Virus record (IMG/VR): IMGVR_UViG_3300024259_000011
Source: a virus
Taxonomy: Duplodnaviria > Caudoviricetes
Length of the DNA stretch: 64,000 nt
Reading direction: 5' to 3' (one strand)
Below, in pieces: positions 25,477-35,285 of this stretch. Numbering within the stretch: position 1 is the stretch's first letter; every line of letters starts with the position of its first letter. The position numbers and the translations under genes are program-made. The notes beneath the pieces are model-generated. The model made no database searches. It had not been told where the DNA came from and worked only from the letters and a program-made list of their open reading frames with translations.

Positions 25477-25792
25477 TGTGCTCCTCTTCGATCATGTCGA
25501 ATATGTTTTCTATCTCATTTGAGTCGAGAGCGAAATGCTCTGTAAGTTTCTTGCCTTGAGCGCTCAGCTTCTTAGACTTTGCATTCTTCAGCTTGCTGTG
25601 CTTGCTCTTCTCAGACTTTAATGTTCCCAAAAACTGCATAAATTCTGGCGACTGGTTTACATAAGCATCAATACAGCCACGAAAGAAATCTGACTGACTG
25701 ATTCCATCATAGTGTAGTCGGATGCGCAAATCAGCATGAACCTTGTCGTTCTCTCTGAAAACCACTCGCTTGTTATAAAATTCATCTGACAT
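25466..25792 (-). CDS. Hypothetical protein (possible RHH-like DNA binder)
   Basis: 108 aa; VVFR..D..HADL..RL...SQSDF. Confidence 0.6.
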   Translation of the reverse strand: MSDEFYNKRVVFRENDKVHADLRIRLHYDGISQSDFFRGCIDAYVNQSPEFMQFLGTLKSEKSKHSKLKNAKSKKLSAQGKKLTEHFALDSNEIENIFDMIEEEHNEL

Positions 25793-26803
25793 TGCTTAGC
25801 CCTAGGATATGAGTGCCCGACTCAGATATACCAGCAGCCGTTTGTCGTGTGAACTTAGCCCGTGCCTGAAGTTCCGCAAGGGTGCGGGCGCCTGAATAAG
25901 AAAGCCCGCTTCTGATTCCGTTGTCTAGTTCGCCAAGCACGTCGTCCACTGAGCCTTTCATCGGAATGGTAGCTGACACGCCCTCCAGTGACGATGCGCT
26001 GCCGCGCCAATCCTGCTGTGCTTCTTCCGATGCCATGCCTCGATAAGTCTTGTGTGCTACGCCATCGATGTGTACGACCTCGGTGCCACATGATTCTCGG
26101 GTGCCGGCTAGCATAGAGCCCAACATCACAGCATCGGCGCCTGCAGCCAGTGCCTTAACAGCGTCACCACTGTTACGAATTCCTCCGTCAGCAATGATCG
26201 CGGCGTCCATGCCAGTCTTAGCGCAGTCCATGATGGTCTGCAGCCCGGGCACACCATGACCAGTTTGAATTCTGTAGAACAAATCGAGCCACCACCAATG
26301 TTGCATCTGATGGAGTTTGCACCCCACTCGGCTAGCGCGTTAAAGCCCTCAAGTGTAGCCACGTTACCCGCCATAATATGTACAGTATCACCAAACGTAT
26401 CTTTTAGCTGCTTTATAGCTGCCTCCATCAAGGAGTGGTGACCGTGAGCAACATCAATACATAAGATTTCTGCGCCCATGGCTACCACTGACCTTGCTCT
26501 GTCGTGGAAATCGCCGGTGACGCCGATGGCTGCTGCTTTAGTTCCATGCTTCTGCTGCCTGATAAGCTTGGCTTGTTTGTCAATCGAACAATAGCGGTGG
26601 ATAACTCCCAAGCCGCCGGCTAAGCCCATGCGGGAAGCCATCAATGCTTCAGTAACCGTATCCATGGGAGACGAAATGACTGGTAAATCCAGTCTAAAAG
26701 AACCCAGCATGGTGCCGATGTCAATCTCTTTCCTGCTACGGATATCAGAGTACTGAGGTACCAGCAAAACATCATCGTAGCTGAGGCTTACCATGGTTTT
26801 CAT
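25782..26803 (-). pseudogene. guaB: IMP dehydrogenase/GMP reductase (CBS-less), split by a one-base frameshift near 26272
   Basis: 5' ORF: SYDDVLLVP, SSPMDTV, GLGVIHR, IDVAHGH, AGNVAT, GGGSICST. 3' ORF continues RIQTGHGVP, IIADGGI, KALAAGAD.VMLGS..AG, YRGMAS. Confidence 0.85.
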
Positions 26804-27102
26804 TATAGTTCTCCCTTTTCATACTTCTCAACCAGTCGTTGTGCTGCCGACCAACAGTCAGGACAATACAGGCGAATGATCTTCTTCTGCTCCCTGACTA
26901 CTATGTTCCACGATGCCAGCATCTCGCGATTCTGCTTGTCGAACTCGGCTTCGCACATTAGGCATGCCTCTGGGAGTTTAGTATAAAACTCCATCTTTTC
27001 TGCGAGATCGGGGCTACCACCCTTGCGCTCTGCTGCAGCCATGCCTCGTCGCTGCTTACGGTTCACGCCTTCTCCATGGTAAAGGCGCTTGGGTTGCCCC
27101 AA
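26803..27102 (-). CDS. Hypothetical CxxC...CxxC zinc-binding protein
   Basis: CLMC and CPDC. Confidence 0.65.
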   Translation of the reverse strand: MGQPKRLYHGEGVNRKQRRGMAAAERKGGSPDLAEKMEFYTKLPEACLMCEAEFDKQNREMLASWNIVVREQKKIIRLYCPDCWSAAQRLVEKYEKGEL

Positions 27103-27551
27103 GCATCGCGATTTGTATTCTCAAACACCACGACTGCCGAAGGGAAAGGGGCGGCGTTGGTGGCGTCACCAAACTTGAGCCTGCCCTTCACAAAATGAAT
27201 CTCTTTCGCCTTCATCACATAGTCGTGCCAATACCGTGTATCAGTACGAGCCGGAATCAGCATGACAACACGGGTGTGCTGCTTCTGGGATTCAGCATAT
27301 GCCTTAGCGATCCACTGGTCGATCCCTCGACCATATGGAGGATTGATAAAAACAATGTGCCCTCCCCAATCCTTGACAAGTCCATTCTCTGCTTCTGTGT
27401 AGAAGTTGGCGCACTTAGTATTGTGGATTGTCGCGCATGGGTCGAGATCGAACGGACCAAAGCGCCAGTTCAGCTTATCAAAGAAGTCCTGTGGGGTTGC
27501 CCACTCGCCTGTCTTGGATGAAAATAATGTTTGTTGTGTTGCTGTGTTCAC
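27063..27551 (-). CDS. Phage-type DNA N6-adenine methyltransferase
   Basis: WATPQDFF, FDLDPCA, FINPPYG, LIPARTDT; likely GTG start 27551 with AAAGGA RBS. Confidence 0.9.
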   Translation of the reverse strand: MNTATQQTLFSSKTGEWATPQDFFDKLNWRFGPFDLDPCATIHNTKCANFYTEAENGLVKDWGGHIVFINPPYGRGIDQWIAKAYAESQKQHTRVVMLIPARTDTRYWHDYVMKAKEIHFVKGRLKFGDATNAAPFPSAVVVFENTNRDAWGNPSAFTMEKA

Positions 27552-27552
27552 T

Positions 27553-28155
27553 TCATGTCCTTTCGTGCTTTGCCCACTTTGAAACAAATTCTTCAAAGCT
27601 TGAGTAAGCACAATAATAGTTTTTATCTGAGTTAAAAACGATACAACACACGTTGTTGTAGAGTTTCAGATCTTTTTCAAGGTATTCGCAAAATTTGGAA
27701 ATCTTGGTTAGCTTCTTTTCCCGAGCAACGTCGGTGCCGTCGAAGTCATCCTCTACTACAAGGAGATAGCCGAGGTTAATGTCCTTGTTAACGTGGCGAA
27801 GATCCGTAGCAACTCCGATGGCTTCTTCAACGCGGTTAGAAAAGCATTTGCCCATCTTTGACATGACAATACTCTTGAGTTCTATCGCATTGCTAAAAGT
27901 GGCGCCCGTGCCGTATGCTAGATCCCAACGCTTGTTCAAAAATGCGCCGCGAATTGTGGCGCGATGCTTTTGTTCAACAACGAAGGGCGAAGGAACCGCA
28001 CGAATCAACGCATCGGTGAAGCCATCCATGTGCCTGTCTGCTTTCTTGACATCGCGCTGGTTGCCCTCATATGAGTAAATAGTGTGATAATAGTGCTCAA
28101 TGGCTTCATATAACTCACTCATCGTAGCCATTTGGCGCCTTTGCTTCCTATTCAC
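27553..28155 (-). CDS. XhoI/PaeR7I-family restriction endonuclease-like protein
   Basis: K.WD....AIELKS....GKCFSNRVEEAIGVATD....LGYLLVVED matches the XhoI/PaeR7I core as I recall it. Confidence 0.7.
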   Translation of the reverse strand: MNRKQRRQMATMSELYEAIEHYYHTIYSYEGNQRDVKKADRHMDGFTDALIRAVPSPFVVEQKHRATIRGAFLNKRWDLAYGTGATFSNAIELKSIVMSKMGKCFSNRVEEAIGVATDLRHVNKDINLGYLLVVEDDFDGTDVAREKKLTKISKFCEYLEKDLKLYNNVCCIVFNSDKNYYCAYSSFEEFVSKWAKHERT

Positions 28156-28609
28156 CGGTACTTCCTAGTGCGCCGTCACCACGGTCGCTAATTGTTATTG
28201 GATACCAACCATATAAATCATTGTCACCTTGCCTCTCCATGGCGCGGAAGTGTACAACCGGCGTCATAACAACTTGAGCAATCTTTGCATGTGCATCAAT
28301 AACTTGTGTTTTAGTTCCAACGTTATGAAGGTTAATAAATACCTCTCCGTCATAACCCGAATCAATGACACACGCTCCCACGATAAGACTGCGCTTTGCA
28401 GCCATGCCAGAGCGGTTCTTCACTTCCAGCATATAGCCGTGTGGGATTCCAAACCTGATCCCTGTGGGCAGGACGGCGCTAGTACCCGGGGCAATAGTGA
28501 TAGCCGTGTTGTCAGCAGGACTGAAATGAACATCCAGTCCCGCATCGCTTGGGTTTGCCCGAGAAGGCGGGTGTACGTTAAAGTGTGTACGGCACCATTC
28601 GATCATCAT
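28148..28609 (-). CDS. dut: Trimeric dUTPase
   Basis: SDAGLD, NRSGMA, VIDSGYDGEV, KIAQ, RGDGALGSTG. Confidence 0.95.
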   Translation of the reverse strand: MMIEWCRTHFNVHPPSRANPSDAGLDVHFSPADNTAITIAPGTSAVLPTGIRFGIPHGYMLEVKNRSGMAAKRSLIVGACVIDSGYDGEVFINLHNVGTKTQVIDAHAKIAQVVMTPVVHFRAMERQGDNDLYGWYPITISDRGDGALGSTGE

Positions 28610-28899
28610 TATTCGCTCCCAATATCAGGGTTTGCAGCAGTGGAAAGAACACTGTAAGTTTCATAAAGCTCGTCAAGATCGACTTCCCCCTTCATCAAAC
28701 GGTATGCCTTTACAGCAACGCTCATTTCATCACGGGTGAGCCACCCTTGGCGCTTGTAATCGTTTCGGAGGTCACGGCGGTGTTCCTTGTATGGTTCCAT
28801 CGCATCCTCGATCTCTTTAAGAGAGCGAATATATTCTACGATATAACGCTGGCGGCGGGCTTCTTGCTTAGACAAGACGGACTTGGCTTCGGTACTCAT
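28609..28899 (-). CDS. DsbA/GapR-like dsDNA-binding protein candidate
   Basis: Helical YIRSLKEIE..MEPYKE..RDL...K...AVKAYRL pattern; recognition by eye only. Confidence 0.45.
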   Translation of the reverse strand: MSTEAKSVLSKQEARRQRYIVEYIRSLKEIEDAMEPYKEHRRDLRNDYKRQGWLTRDEMSVAVKAYRLMKGEVDLDELYETYSVLSTAANPDIGSE

Positions 28900-28932
28900 T
28901 ATTTCTCCTTGTAGTCAATGAGTTATATGTAT

Positions 28933-28961
28933 ATAATAGCAGTTTATAGCGCTGCTGTCAA
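28933..28961 (-). promoter_or_regulatory. sigma70-type promoter
   Basis: TTGACA-17 bp-TATTAT. Confidence 0.75.
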
Positions 28962-28962
28962 C

Positions 28963-29199
28963 CTATTTCTGATCATTTTTATCAAAGTTTCGGGATCTAT
29001 AGTTTTGAAACTCGATTATGTTGTCGCGTAGAAAATCATCTGGACAACGCAGATACGCTTGTTCGTATTCTTCCATCATTTCATGCATTAATCGTTCTGT
29101 ACGCTTATTGCGTTGGCGTGCCAGAAGCAGAGTCGCCAAGAAAAAGATAGAAAAGACTACAAAAAATGAACTTAGGACTATTATGATAGCTGTATCCAT
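28963..29199 (-). CDS. Small membrane-anchored protein
   Basis: N-terminal TM; ACTAGTTA motif 4 nt upstream of the ATG. Confidence 0.65.
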   Translation of the reverse strand: MDTAIIIVLSSFFVVFSIFFLATLLLARQRNKRTERLMHEMMEEYEQAYLRCPDDFLRDNIIEFQNYRSRNFDKNDQK

Positions 29200-29216
29200 G
29201 CTCTAACTAGTTGGTT

Positions 29217-29822
29217 TTATTCAAATTTGATATCTACGTTGATATCAACGTTAAACTTTGGCATGCCAATGCTGGTAGCTAGACCGTGCTCTAAACACTC
29301 GTCTGCGTCCAAATACCAGTCGGCGTGACCCTTATCGTGAATCATTTTCAAAAAATAGGTTTTACTTTTGCCGCAATTTGCAGCCATCATGTAATAAACC
29401 TTCTTCTGTAGCCTCTCACATTCCTTAGCATCTGCCTTGATCTCTTCGACCTTCCCCCATGCGCCAGTTGATATGTCATGAATCATAACGGTGGCGTGAG
29501 GGTCCATGTACCGCATGCCCTTGTTTCCAAAGCTCATGAGGATGGCGCCGCAGGACATAGCCTTCCCCTGAACAATGGTAGCTACTGGTAGTACAGAGTT
29601 CTGGATATCTGAAATCATAGAGAGGAGGCTGTATACCTGCCCGCCATAAGAATCGATAATAACAGGAACCACAGGCTGACCAGTGTTGTGTGCCTTCGCC
29701 ATTTTCTCGGAGAAGTCTTTTGCTGTAACCTCGTTGAAGTTCCGAACCCTGATGACAACCGGGAAGTCATCTCTCAAGTCGTAGTCCTTCAACAGAGGAC
29801 TAGCGTTAATAATGTGCTTCAT
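29217..29822 (-). CDS. clpP: ClpP-like serine protease, copy 2
   Basis: IDSYGG, GKAMSCG (Ser), TVMIHD (His), DWYLDADECLEHGL. Confidence 0.85.
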   Translation of the reverse strand: MKHIINASPLLKDYDLRDDFPVVIRVRNFNEVTAKDFSEKMAKAHNTGQPVVPVIIDSYGGQVYSLLSMISDIQNSVLPVATIVQGKAMSCGAILMSFGNKGMRYMDPHATVMIHDISTGAWGKVEEIKADAKECERLQKKVYYMMAANCGKSKTYFLKMIHDKGHADWYLDADECLEHGLATSIGMPKFNVDINVDIKFE

Positions 29823-29825
29823 TGT

Positions 29826-32800
29826 TTATCCCAATAGTTTAAAGTTATGGTGGATTGAGCGGGTACTAAAGCCCCACTTAGGATCGTATTCAAGGCGTGC
29901 CATGTATGGACGATTGATTTGTACGTTGTCTCCGCGCTCGGGCTTGACGCCCCAGCACTTGATCTTAGTAGTCTTGCTAGTGGAGTCGATCACTTCTACG
30001 ATCCAATATACCTTGCCGTGCTTAGTCTTGCGCGGAACAATCTTGCGTGGCACGAACCATGCCACCTGCAGGGCGGGGTCGAACTCACCGAGTGGCGGCA
30101 CAAACCTCTCCTCCAGCCGCCGGCGAACGTTCTCGTCAAGAACCAAGTCGAATGGGAACACGCCAGTCAAGTCAACCTTATACTGAATCAACTCCTCTTC
30201 GCTGAAGTTTCCTTCGGGAGCGTATGTCTCGATATTATCTGCGAAGCGCTTCTTGTTCTTCGGACGGTCAACAGCAACTGCCGACCAGAAGTGCTTGAGC
30301 CCAGAGAAGCGGTCATCCATGAGACTGTTCAGAGCCTGACAACGAATAAGAACATCGAGTGCCTTCTTGTTCAGCTTTGAGTACGTGATGTTCTCATTGA
30401 ACAGGAAGTCTTCAATCTCACTGAACGGACGATTGGCAATCACCTGTGCAATAGCAGCATCACCCAAGCCCTTAACCGAAGTCAGAGGCTGAATAAGCGT
30501 CTTACCATCATCGCTGATCTCCCAGACGTTACCAGACTTGTTAATGTCCAGTGGAGCAATCTCAAACCCAAAGTTCTTGGCAATGTTGATTGCCTTCTCC
30601 TTGCGAGATTCCGGCTCCTTATCCAAGAAGGATGCCATCCACTCAGAAGGATAATAATTCATCAGCCACGCGCATTGGAACGAGAGGACCGAGTACGATA
30701 TTGCATGCGACTTATTGAAGCCATAACCAGAAAAGTACTCAAAAGTATCCCACAGTCCTTCAGCGTCTGCGAGCTTGATGCCCTTCTCCTGACAACCTTC
30801 AACAAACTTTTTATGAATAAGCGCTTTCTTATCATGTTTACCTGTTCCCTTCTTAGTAAGTAGCTTGCGAAGCAAGTTACCTTCATCAAGGGTCAAGTCC
30901 TTGCCCAACTTGTGAGCCAGTAGTGCGATCTGCTCTTGGAAGATCAGGAAGCCATAAGTCTCCTGAGTAATCTCTTCCACGATTGGATGCAGGTACTTGA
31001 CATACTGTGGTGCCTGCTTAGCCTCAACGTAATCCTTATCTACGCCGGCGCTCAATGGACCGGGACGGAAGATTGACGTGATGGCTGAGATGTCAATGAT
31101 ACTTGACGGCTTGGCACGAACACAGAAGTCTTGCGCGCCGTTCTCAGTAAACTGGAACACTCCACCCCACTTGCCGGCGTGAAAGATATTCGTATAAACA
31201 TTCTGATCATCGAAGTCCATCTTATCCGGGTGAAGGTTAGTATTATAGAAGCTCCGAATCTCATCGAAGGTCGGGTGCTCCGTATCATGGTGGCGCTGCA
31301 AGATATGACGAATGGCGCCCTCGATCATTCGGAGTGTGGACAGACCAAGAATATCGAACTTAATGAAGCCCATTGGTTCCAAATGCCGAACGTTCTGCCC
31401 CTCTGCCCATGGCGTCTGTCGAACGCCGCCGGAGTTGATCAGCGGCATATACTGGTCAAGGTTTTCAGCAACCACCACGCCGCCTGCATGCCGTGAACAG
31501 GAACGAACCTGACCATACAGAGCCTCAACGTGTGTCTTGACGTGCGGGTACTGATTTAGGAACTTTTGTAGCGAGCCGCTGAACTCCATGACCTCTTCAA
31601 AGGTAGGAGTGTACACCCCAGCTTTGATACCATGTCGCTGCTTCGCCGGTCCAGTTGCCTCATAGAGCATGGCGCCGGTAACTGCGTTAACCTCTGTGAA
31701 CTCAATCCCATAGAACTTTGAAATATCCTTGATCAATGAGCGTAGCTGCAACGTGTTCCAGTTGGAGATGGGAGCAACAGTATCTTCACCCCACTCTTCG
31801 ATCAACTCTTCCTTGAGTGCCATCGGGTCCGATACATCGTAATCAATATCCGGATAGTCAGTGGCATCAGAGCGTAAGAAGCGAGAGAACAGAAGCCCAT
31901 ACTTGATGGGATCAATCTGAGTGATACCCAAGGCATATGCCACAAGCGAGCCGGCAGCAGAGCCGCGACCGGGACCGGTTAGCATCTTTGCGGATGCTTT
32001 GTCGGCGATAGCCTTCATGGTCAGAAAGTACTTGCTAAAACCTCGGTCATCGATGACGGATAGCTCACGGGTGAGGCGTTCAATGTATTCGTCATCCTCA
32101 TGATAGCCGAGAGACTTCAGACCCTCAAAGCTTAGCTTGACCAGTGCATCAGTAGCGGTCAGTCCAGCGGGAACCACGAAGTCAGGAAGTCGTACAGTGT
32201 TGTCCGGAAAAAAACTTTCAATGCGGTCGTGAGCAATCTTATACCCAGTTGTGATCGACTTGAGTACCACGTCATCATCGTACTCATAGTCCGCTGCATA
32301 CTTCTCGTAACTCTCCCACATCTGATCGCCGTTCTTGGGATACAACTCGTATCCAATCTCTTCAACGTCAATCGGGAGTTCGCTGCTCTCGTATGCAGGC
32401 TTGCTCTTTCCAAGCCAGCCTAGGCGCTTATAAAGTTCGCGATCCTTCCACGCAGTAGGATTGGGGTAATGACTGTCCGCTGTTGAAACTAAGTCAACGC
32501 CAAACTCATTGTGCATTTCAATGATACACTGGTTCAGTGTGTGCTGCTCGGGAACATTGTTCCACTGCAGTTCACCATACCATCGGTCGCCAAAGATCGA
32601 TTGCATTCGACGAGTAGTCGTCCGCATACGCTCTAGGCACTGTTCTCTGTCAAAGGAGCGACTGCCTTCATCGTCAGTCTCCCAGCTATGCCAGAAATCC
32701 TGTGCATAAACTCCGCCCAAGCATGCAGAAGATGCAATGATGCCTTCCGAATACTTTTCAAGCAAAGCATAATCCATTCGGGGATAACGATAAAAGTTTT

Positions 32801-33272
32801 CACTCTTGTAGCTTTCCGAAATGAGTTTGAAAAGGTTATTAAGTCCGGTCTGATTCTGGACAACGAGGACGAGGTGTGCGCGCAGGCGAAGGACATCCTT
32901 CACAGTCTTTTTGCTCGCATCCTCGTCCTCGATAGTCGTACCAGATTGGGACTCTTCCTTTTTGTTCTTGACCTTCGCTCGCGCTTCATCATAATCAGTC
33001 CTCCACTCCGAAATAGACGGAATGAAGTAAGCCTCGACACCGAATACAGGCTTGAAGTCTTTACCTTCTGCCTGCATCTTCTTAGCATGCAGAACCTGAT
33101 GGGCTAGCCCATTCATATTACCATGATCCGTGAGAGCTAGAGCATCACAACCATTCTGGTATGCAAAGTCCATATGCTCCTGTGGATATCCGATAGCATC
33201 GAAAATAGAGCCAGCCACGCTGTGAGCGTGTAGGTTTACGAAAGGGATCTTAGATGAAACGCGAGTTGTCAT
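29826..33272 (-). CDS. dnaE: DNA polymerase III alpha subunit (family C)
   Basis: PHP: NLHAHS, LTDHGNM, FGVEAY; GPGRGSAAGSLVAY; PDIDYD; SRHAGG; KFDILGL; FNKSH; C-terminal OB. Confidence 0.97.
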   Translation of the reverse strand: MTTRVSSKIPFVNLHAHSVAGSIFDAIGYPQEHMDFAYQNGCDALALTDHGNMNGLAHQVLHAKKMQAEGKDFKPVFGVEAYFIPSISEWRTDYDEARAKVKNKKEESQSGTTIEDEDASKKTVKDVLRLRAHLVLVVQNQTGLNNLFKLISESYKSENFYRYPRMDYALLEKYSEGIIASSACLGGVYAQDFWHSWETDDEGSRSFDREQCLERMRTTTRRMQSIFGDRWYGELQWNNVPEQHTLNQCIIEMHNEFGVDLVSTADSHYPNPTAWKDRELYKRLGWLGKSKPAYESSELPIDVEEIGYELYPKNGDQMWESYEKYAADYEYDDDVVLKSITTGYKIAHDRIESFFPDNTVRLPDFVVPAGLTATDALVKLSFEGLKSLGYHEDDEYIERLTRELSVIDDRGFSKYFLTMKAIADKASAKMLTGPGRGSAAGSLVAYALGITQIDPIKYGLLFSRFLRSDATDYPDIDYDVSDPMALKEELIEEWGEDTVAPISNWNTLQLRSLIKDISKFYGIEFTEVNAVTGAMLYEATGPAKQRHGIKAGVYTPTFEEVMEFSGSLQKFLNQYPHVKTHVEALYGQVRSCSRHAGGVVVAENLDQYMPLINSGGVRQTPWAEGQNVRHLEPMGFIKFDILGLSTLRMIEGAIRHILQRHHDTEHPTFDEIRSFYNTNLHPDKMDFDDQNVYTNIFHAGKWGGVFQFTENGAQDFCVRAKPSSIIDISAITSIFRPGPLSAGVDKDYVEAKQAPQYVKYLHPIVEEITQETYGFLIFQEQIALLAHKLGKDLTLDEGNLLRKLLTKKGTGKHDKKALIHKKFVEGCQEKGIKLADAEGLWDTFEYFSGYGFNKSHAISYSVLSFQCAWLMNYYPSEWMASFLDKEPESRKEKAINIAKNFGFEIAPLDINKSGNVWEISDDGKTLIQPLTSVKGLGDAAIAQVIANRPFSEIEDFLFNENITYSKLNKKALDVLIRCQALNSLMDDRFSGLKHFWSAVAVDRPKNKKRFADNIETYAPEGNFSEEELIQYKVDLTGVFPFDLVLDENVRRRLEERFVPPLGEFDPALQVAWFVPRKIVPRKTKHGKVYWIVEVIDSTSKTTKIKCWGVKPERGDNVQINRPYMARLEYDPKWGFSTRSIHHNFKLLG

Positions 33273-33278
33273 TTATGC

Positions 33279-33491
33279 TTACGCCTCGTCGATGATGTTG
33301 TCAACGAGACGAACGAAATCAGTAGGTCCAAGATCGTTGCCATTGGCACTCTCCTGAATAACGTGATAACGAAGACCGCCAAGGCGCCGATGCAGATGAT
33401 TAATCTTCTCGCTAAGCGCTGTGACTGTTGCTTCTAGGGTTGTGTTCTTCGCGGATAGCGAAGTCTTTGGTGAGGTTTTGGGTGAGGGCAT
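33279..33491 (-). CDS. Small hypothetical coiled-coil protein
   Basis: ATG 33491 with AAGGAG RBS. Confidence 0.6.
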   Translation of the reverse strand: MPSPKTSPKTSLSAKNTTLEATVTALSEKINHLHRRLGGLRYHVIQESANGNDLGPTDFVRLVDNIIDEA

Positions 33492-33492
33492 T

Positions 33493-34404
33493 TTATTCTC
33501 CTTGTTTGATATCCATGCCAATTGGTTTGAGTGTCGAAACCGGTAAAAGATTATCCGGACGCTCGACATTTGTAGCCTCTGGCGAGGCTAAAAACTTACG
33601 GTAGTGTTGCCAGTCCTTTATAGAATGAAACCACGGTGCTTCGACTTTATTAGCTCCCTCTATTATAGCAGATTTGAACACAATGTCAAGTGAAAAGTGT
33701 CGTGCAGAGTATCTTTTTTCAAGTGGCAGCTTTTTACTGGGGTATTTCTCGTTTTCTTTGGGGGCATACCAGCCGCCCGTTCCTTTGCGCCTGACCTCGC
33801 GTCGAAAACGTTTGAAGTCTTCGGCGTCAAAAGTAAAGCTGAGTGGGTGTCCTTCACGAATCGTTTCGCCATTAGTGGTTAAGTAGAACCCTTTGTTTGA
33901 TGAGATCTCTCTACGATATGATCTTAACACAGTCGGGTCATAAATGCCAGTAGAAAATGCAACAAAATATCGATCAGGAATAATCCACTTGCTCATCTGA
34001 TTTGAAATGTGATATGCAGAGAGCGCTCCATGGAGTACGCTCCAGCCCTGACAGTCTCTCTTGTCTCTGTCGTTTGGGTGGATAGGCACATAGAAGATTG
34101 GAATCGGCTGTTTGCTTTCGCTCGGAAAAGGATCTTGTGTCCGGTTGACCCACACAGGATCTTCAACACAGTCTCCCAGTCGATGTTTAATAATGGGTGC
34201 CACGTCATCGTTGCACACAATCCAGATCGTTTCACAGCCTGCGTATGCACACTGCACTACAGCAAGTTCCAATGCTGTATAGTTTTCTGCCACCGGGACC
34301 ATACAATTCGGCAGCCCAAGGTTAATGTTTGATGCCTGTCCTGCAATCGGGATGATGCCGGCAAGGTGAAACGACTGGCTATTTCCAGTACCAGATTCAA
34401 TCAT
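33493..34404 (-). CDS. Nucleotidyltransferase-like (sugar-phosphate NTP transferase fold) protein
   Basis: LAGIIPIAG...LP..MVPV.....LE..V..C..AGCETIWIV; GxGTR signature is degenerate. Confidence 0.55.
   Translation of the reverse strand: MIESGTGNSQSFHLAGIIPIAGQASNINLGLPNCMVPVAENYTALELAVVQCAYAGCETIWIVCNDDVAPIIKHRLGDCVEDPVWVNRTQDPFPSESKQPIPIFYVPIHPNDRDKRDCQGWSVLHGALSAYHISNQMSKWIIPDRYFVAFSTGIYDPTVLRSYRREISSNKGFYLTTNGETIREGHPLSFTFDAEDFKRFRREVRRKGTGGWYAPKENEKYPSKKLPLEKRYSARHFSLDIVFKSAIIEGANKVEAPWFHSIKDWQHYRKFLASPEATNVERPDNLLPVSTLKPIGMDIKQGE
33662..33689 (-). promoter_or_regulatory. Intragenic sigma70-type promoter upstream of 33491/dnaE
   Basis: TTGACA-16 bp-TATAAT inside a coding region. Confidence 0.5.
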
Positions 34405-35285
34405 GAGTTCAATAAAACTTTAGGTATGTATGGGTTGGCTGGCTTATCATAACCCTCATGTAGCAACTCGGTCAACATTTCGGGTGGGCTGACATCGTGA
34501 TAAGTGATGTCCGGTTCGGGTCCGTATCCATGCATAGCAATCCTATCTTTTTCACGGCGGTCGAACTCAATCTTCAAAGCATAATGTTTTTGCTTACCCG
34601 TCTTGGGACAGATGCCATTCTTAGTACCGCGAATGCCCATTTCACTCATGGCGGCAACAATCGCAAACCTAGCATAAGTGGGAGAATGTTCAAACACATC
34701 TACCTGATCCTCGTCTAAATACGAAATAGCACACAAATCTTTCATATCAAGATGGTCACCGTCTAAGCGCTCAGAAGGGTAAAAAATGATTTCACGAACA
34801 AAGTCCTGAGAGGGCGTGATGATATGTGTCTCTTTATGTTTCATGCCGGAACGAACATTGAACCAATCCACGATCCTGTAAGTCTCGCAGGCTTTTGTTA
34901 TAGGAGGCATGCCATCGACCCCAAAATCATTAAATATCCACAAGCTCCCATATTTAACTTTCGTCATTCTGGAGCGATTGCTGCTTGTGATTGTCAGCAT
35001 GTTTTCTTTGCCTATGCGAACAGCCTGTACATTGTCTGCGAATGGGATCTGACCACCCATCGAGAGTAGCATGTACAGATGGTTCCACAGTTCTATCTGC
35101 TTCTTAGTCTTGTTCTTACCGAATCCATACACTGAATAATCTATTTCTTTGTCAAAGTCATCAATTGTTTTAGGTGCAGAATCACCATACCCAATGACAG
35201 GGTGCCCTGTATAGAAAGCGTAGATCAAGGCGCTCAAGCTATAGCCTATGATTACGTCATTCCATTGGTACGTGTGTTCTTTCAT
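34401..35285 (-). CDS. Hypothetical protein (degenerate Rossmann-like N-terminus)
   Basis: DVIIGYSLSALIYA; 294 aa. Confidence 0.65.
   Translation of the reverse strand: MKEHTYQWNDVIIGYSLSALIYAFYTGHPVIGYGDSAPKTIDDFDKEIDYSVYGFGKNKTKKQIELWNHLYMLLSMGGQIPFADNVQAVRIGKENMLTITSSNRSRMTKVKYGSLWIFNDFGVDGMPPITKACETYRIVDWFNVRSGMKHKETHIITPSQDFVREIIFYPSERLDGDHLDMKDLCAISYLDEDQVDVFEHSPTYARFAIVAAMSEMGIRGTKNGICPKTGKQKHYALKIEFDRREKDRIAMHGYGPEPDITYHDVSPPEMLTELLHEGYDKPANPYIPKVLLNS

Noticed and set aside
26260-26290. Programmed frameshift in guaB
   Set aside because: No slippery heptamer or homopolymer at the break; a point deletion or assembly error is more parsimonious.
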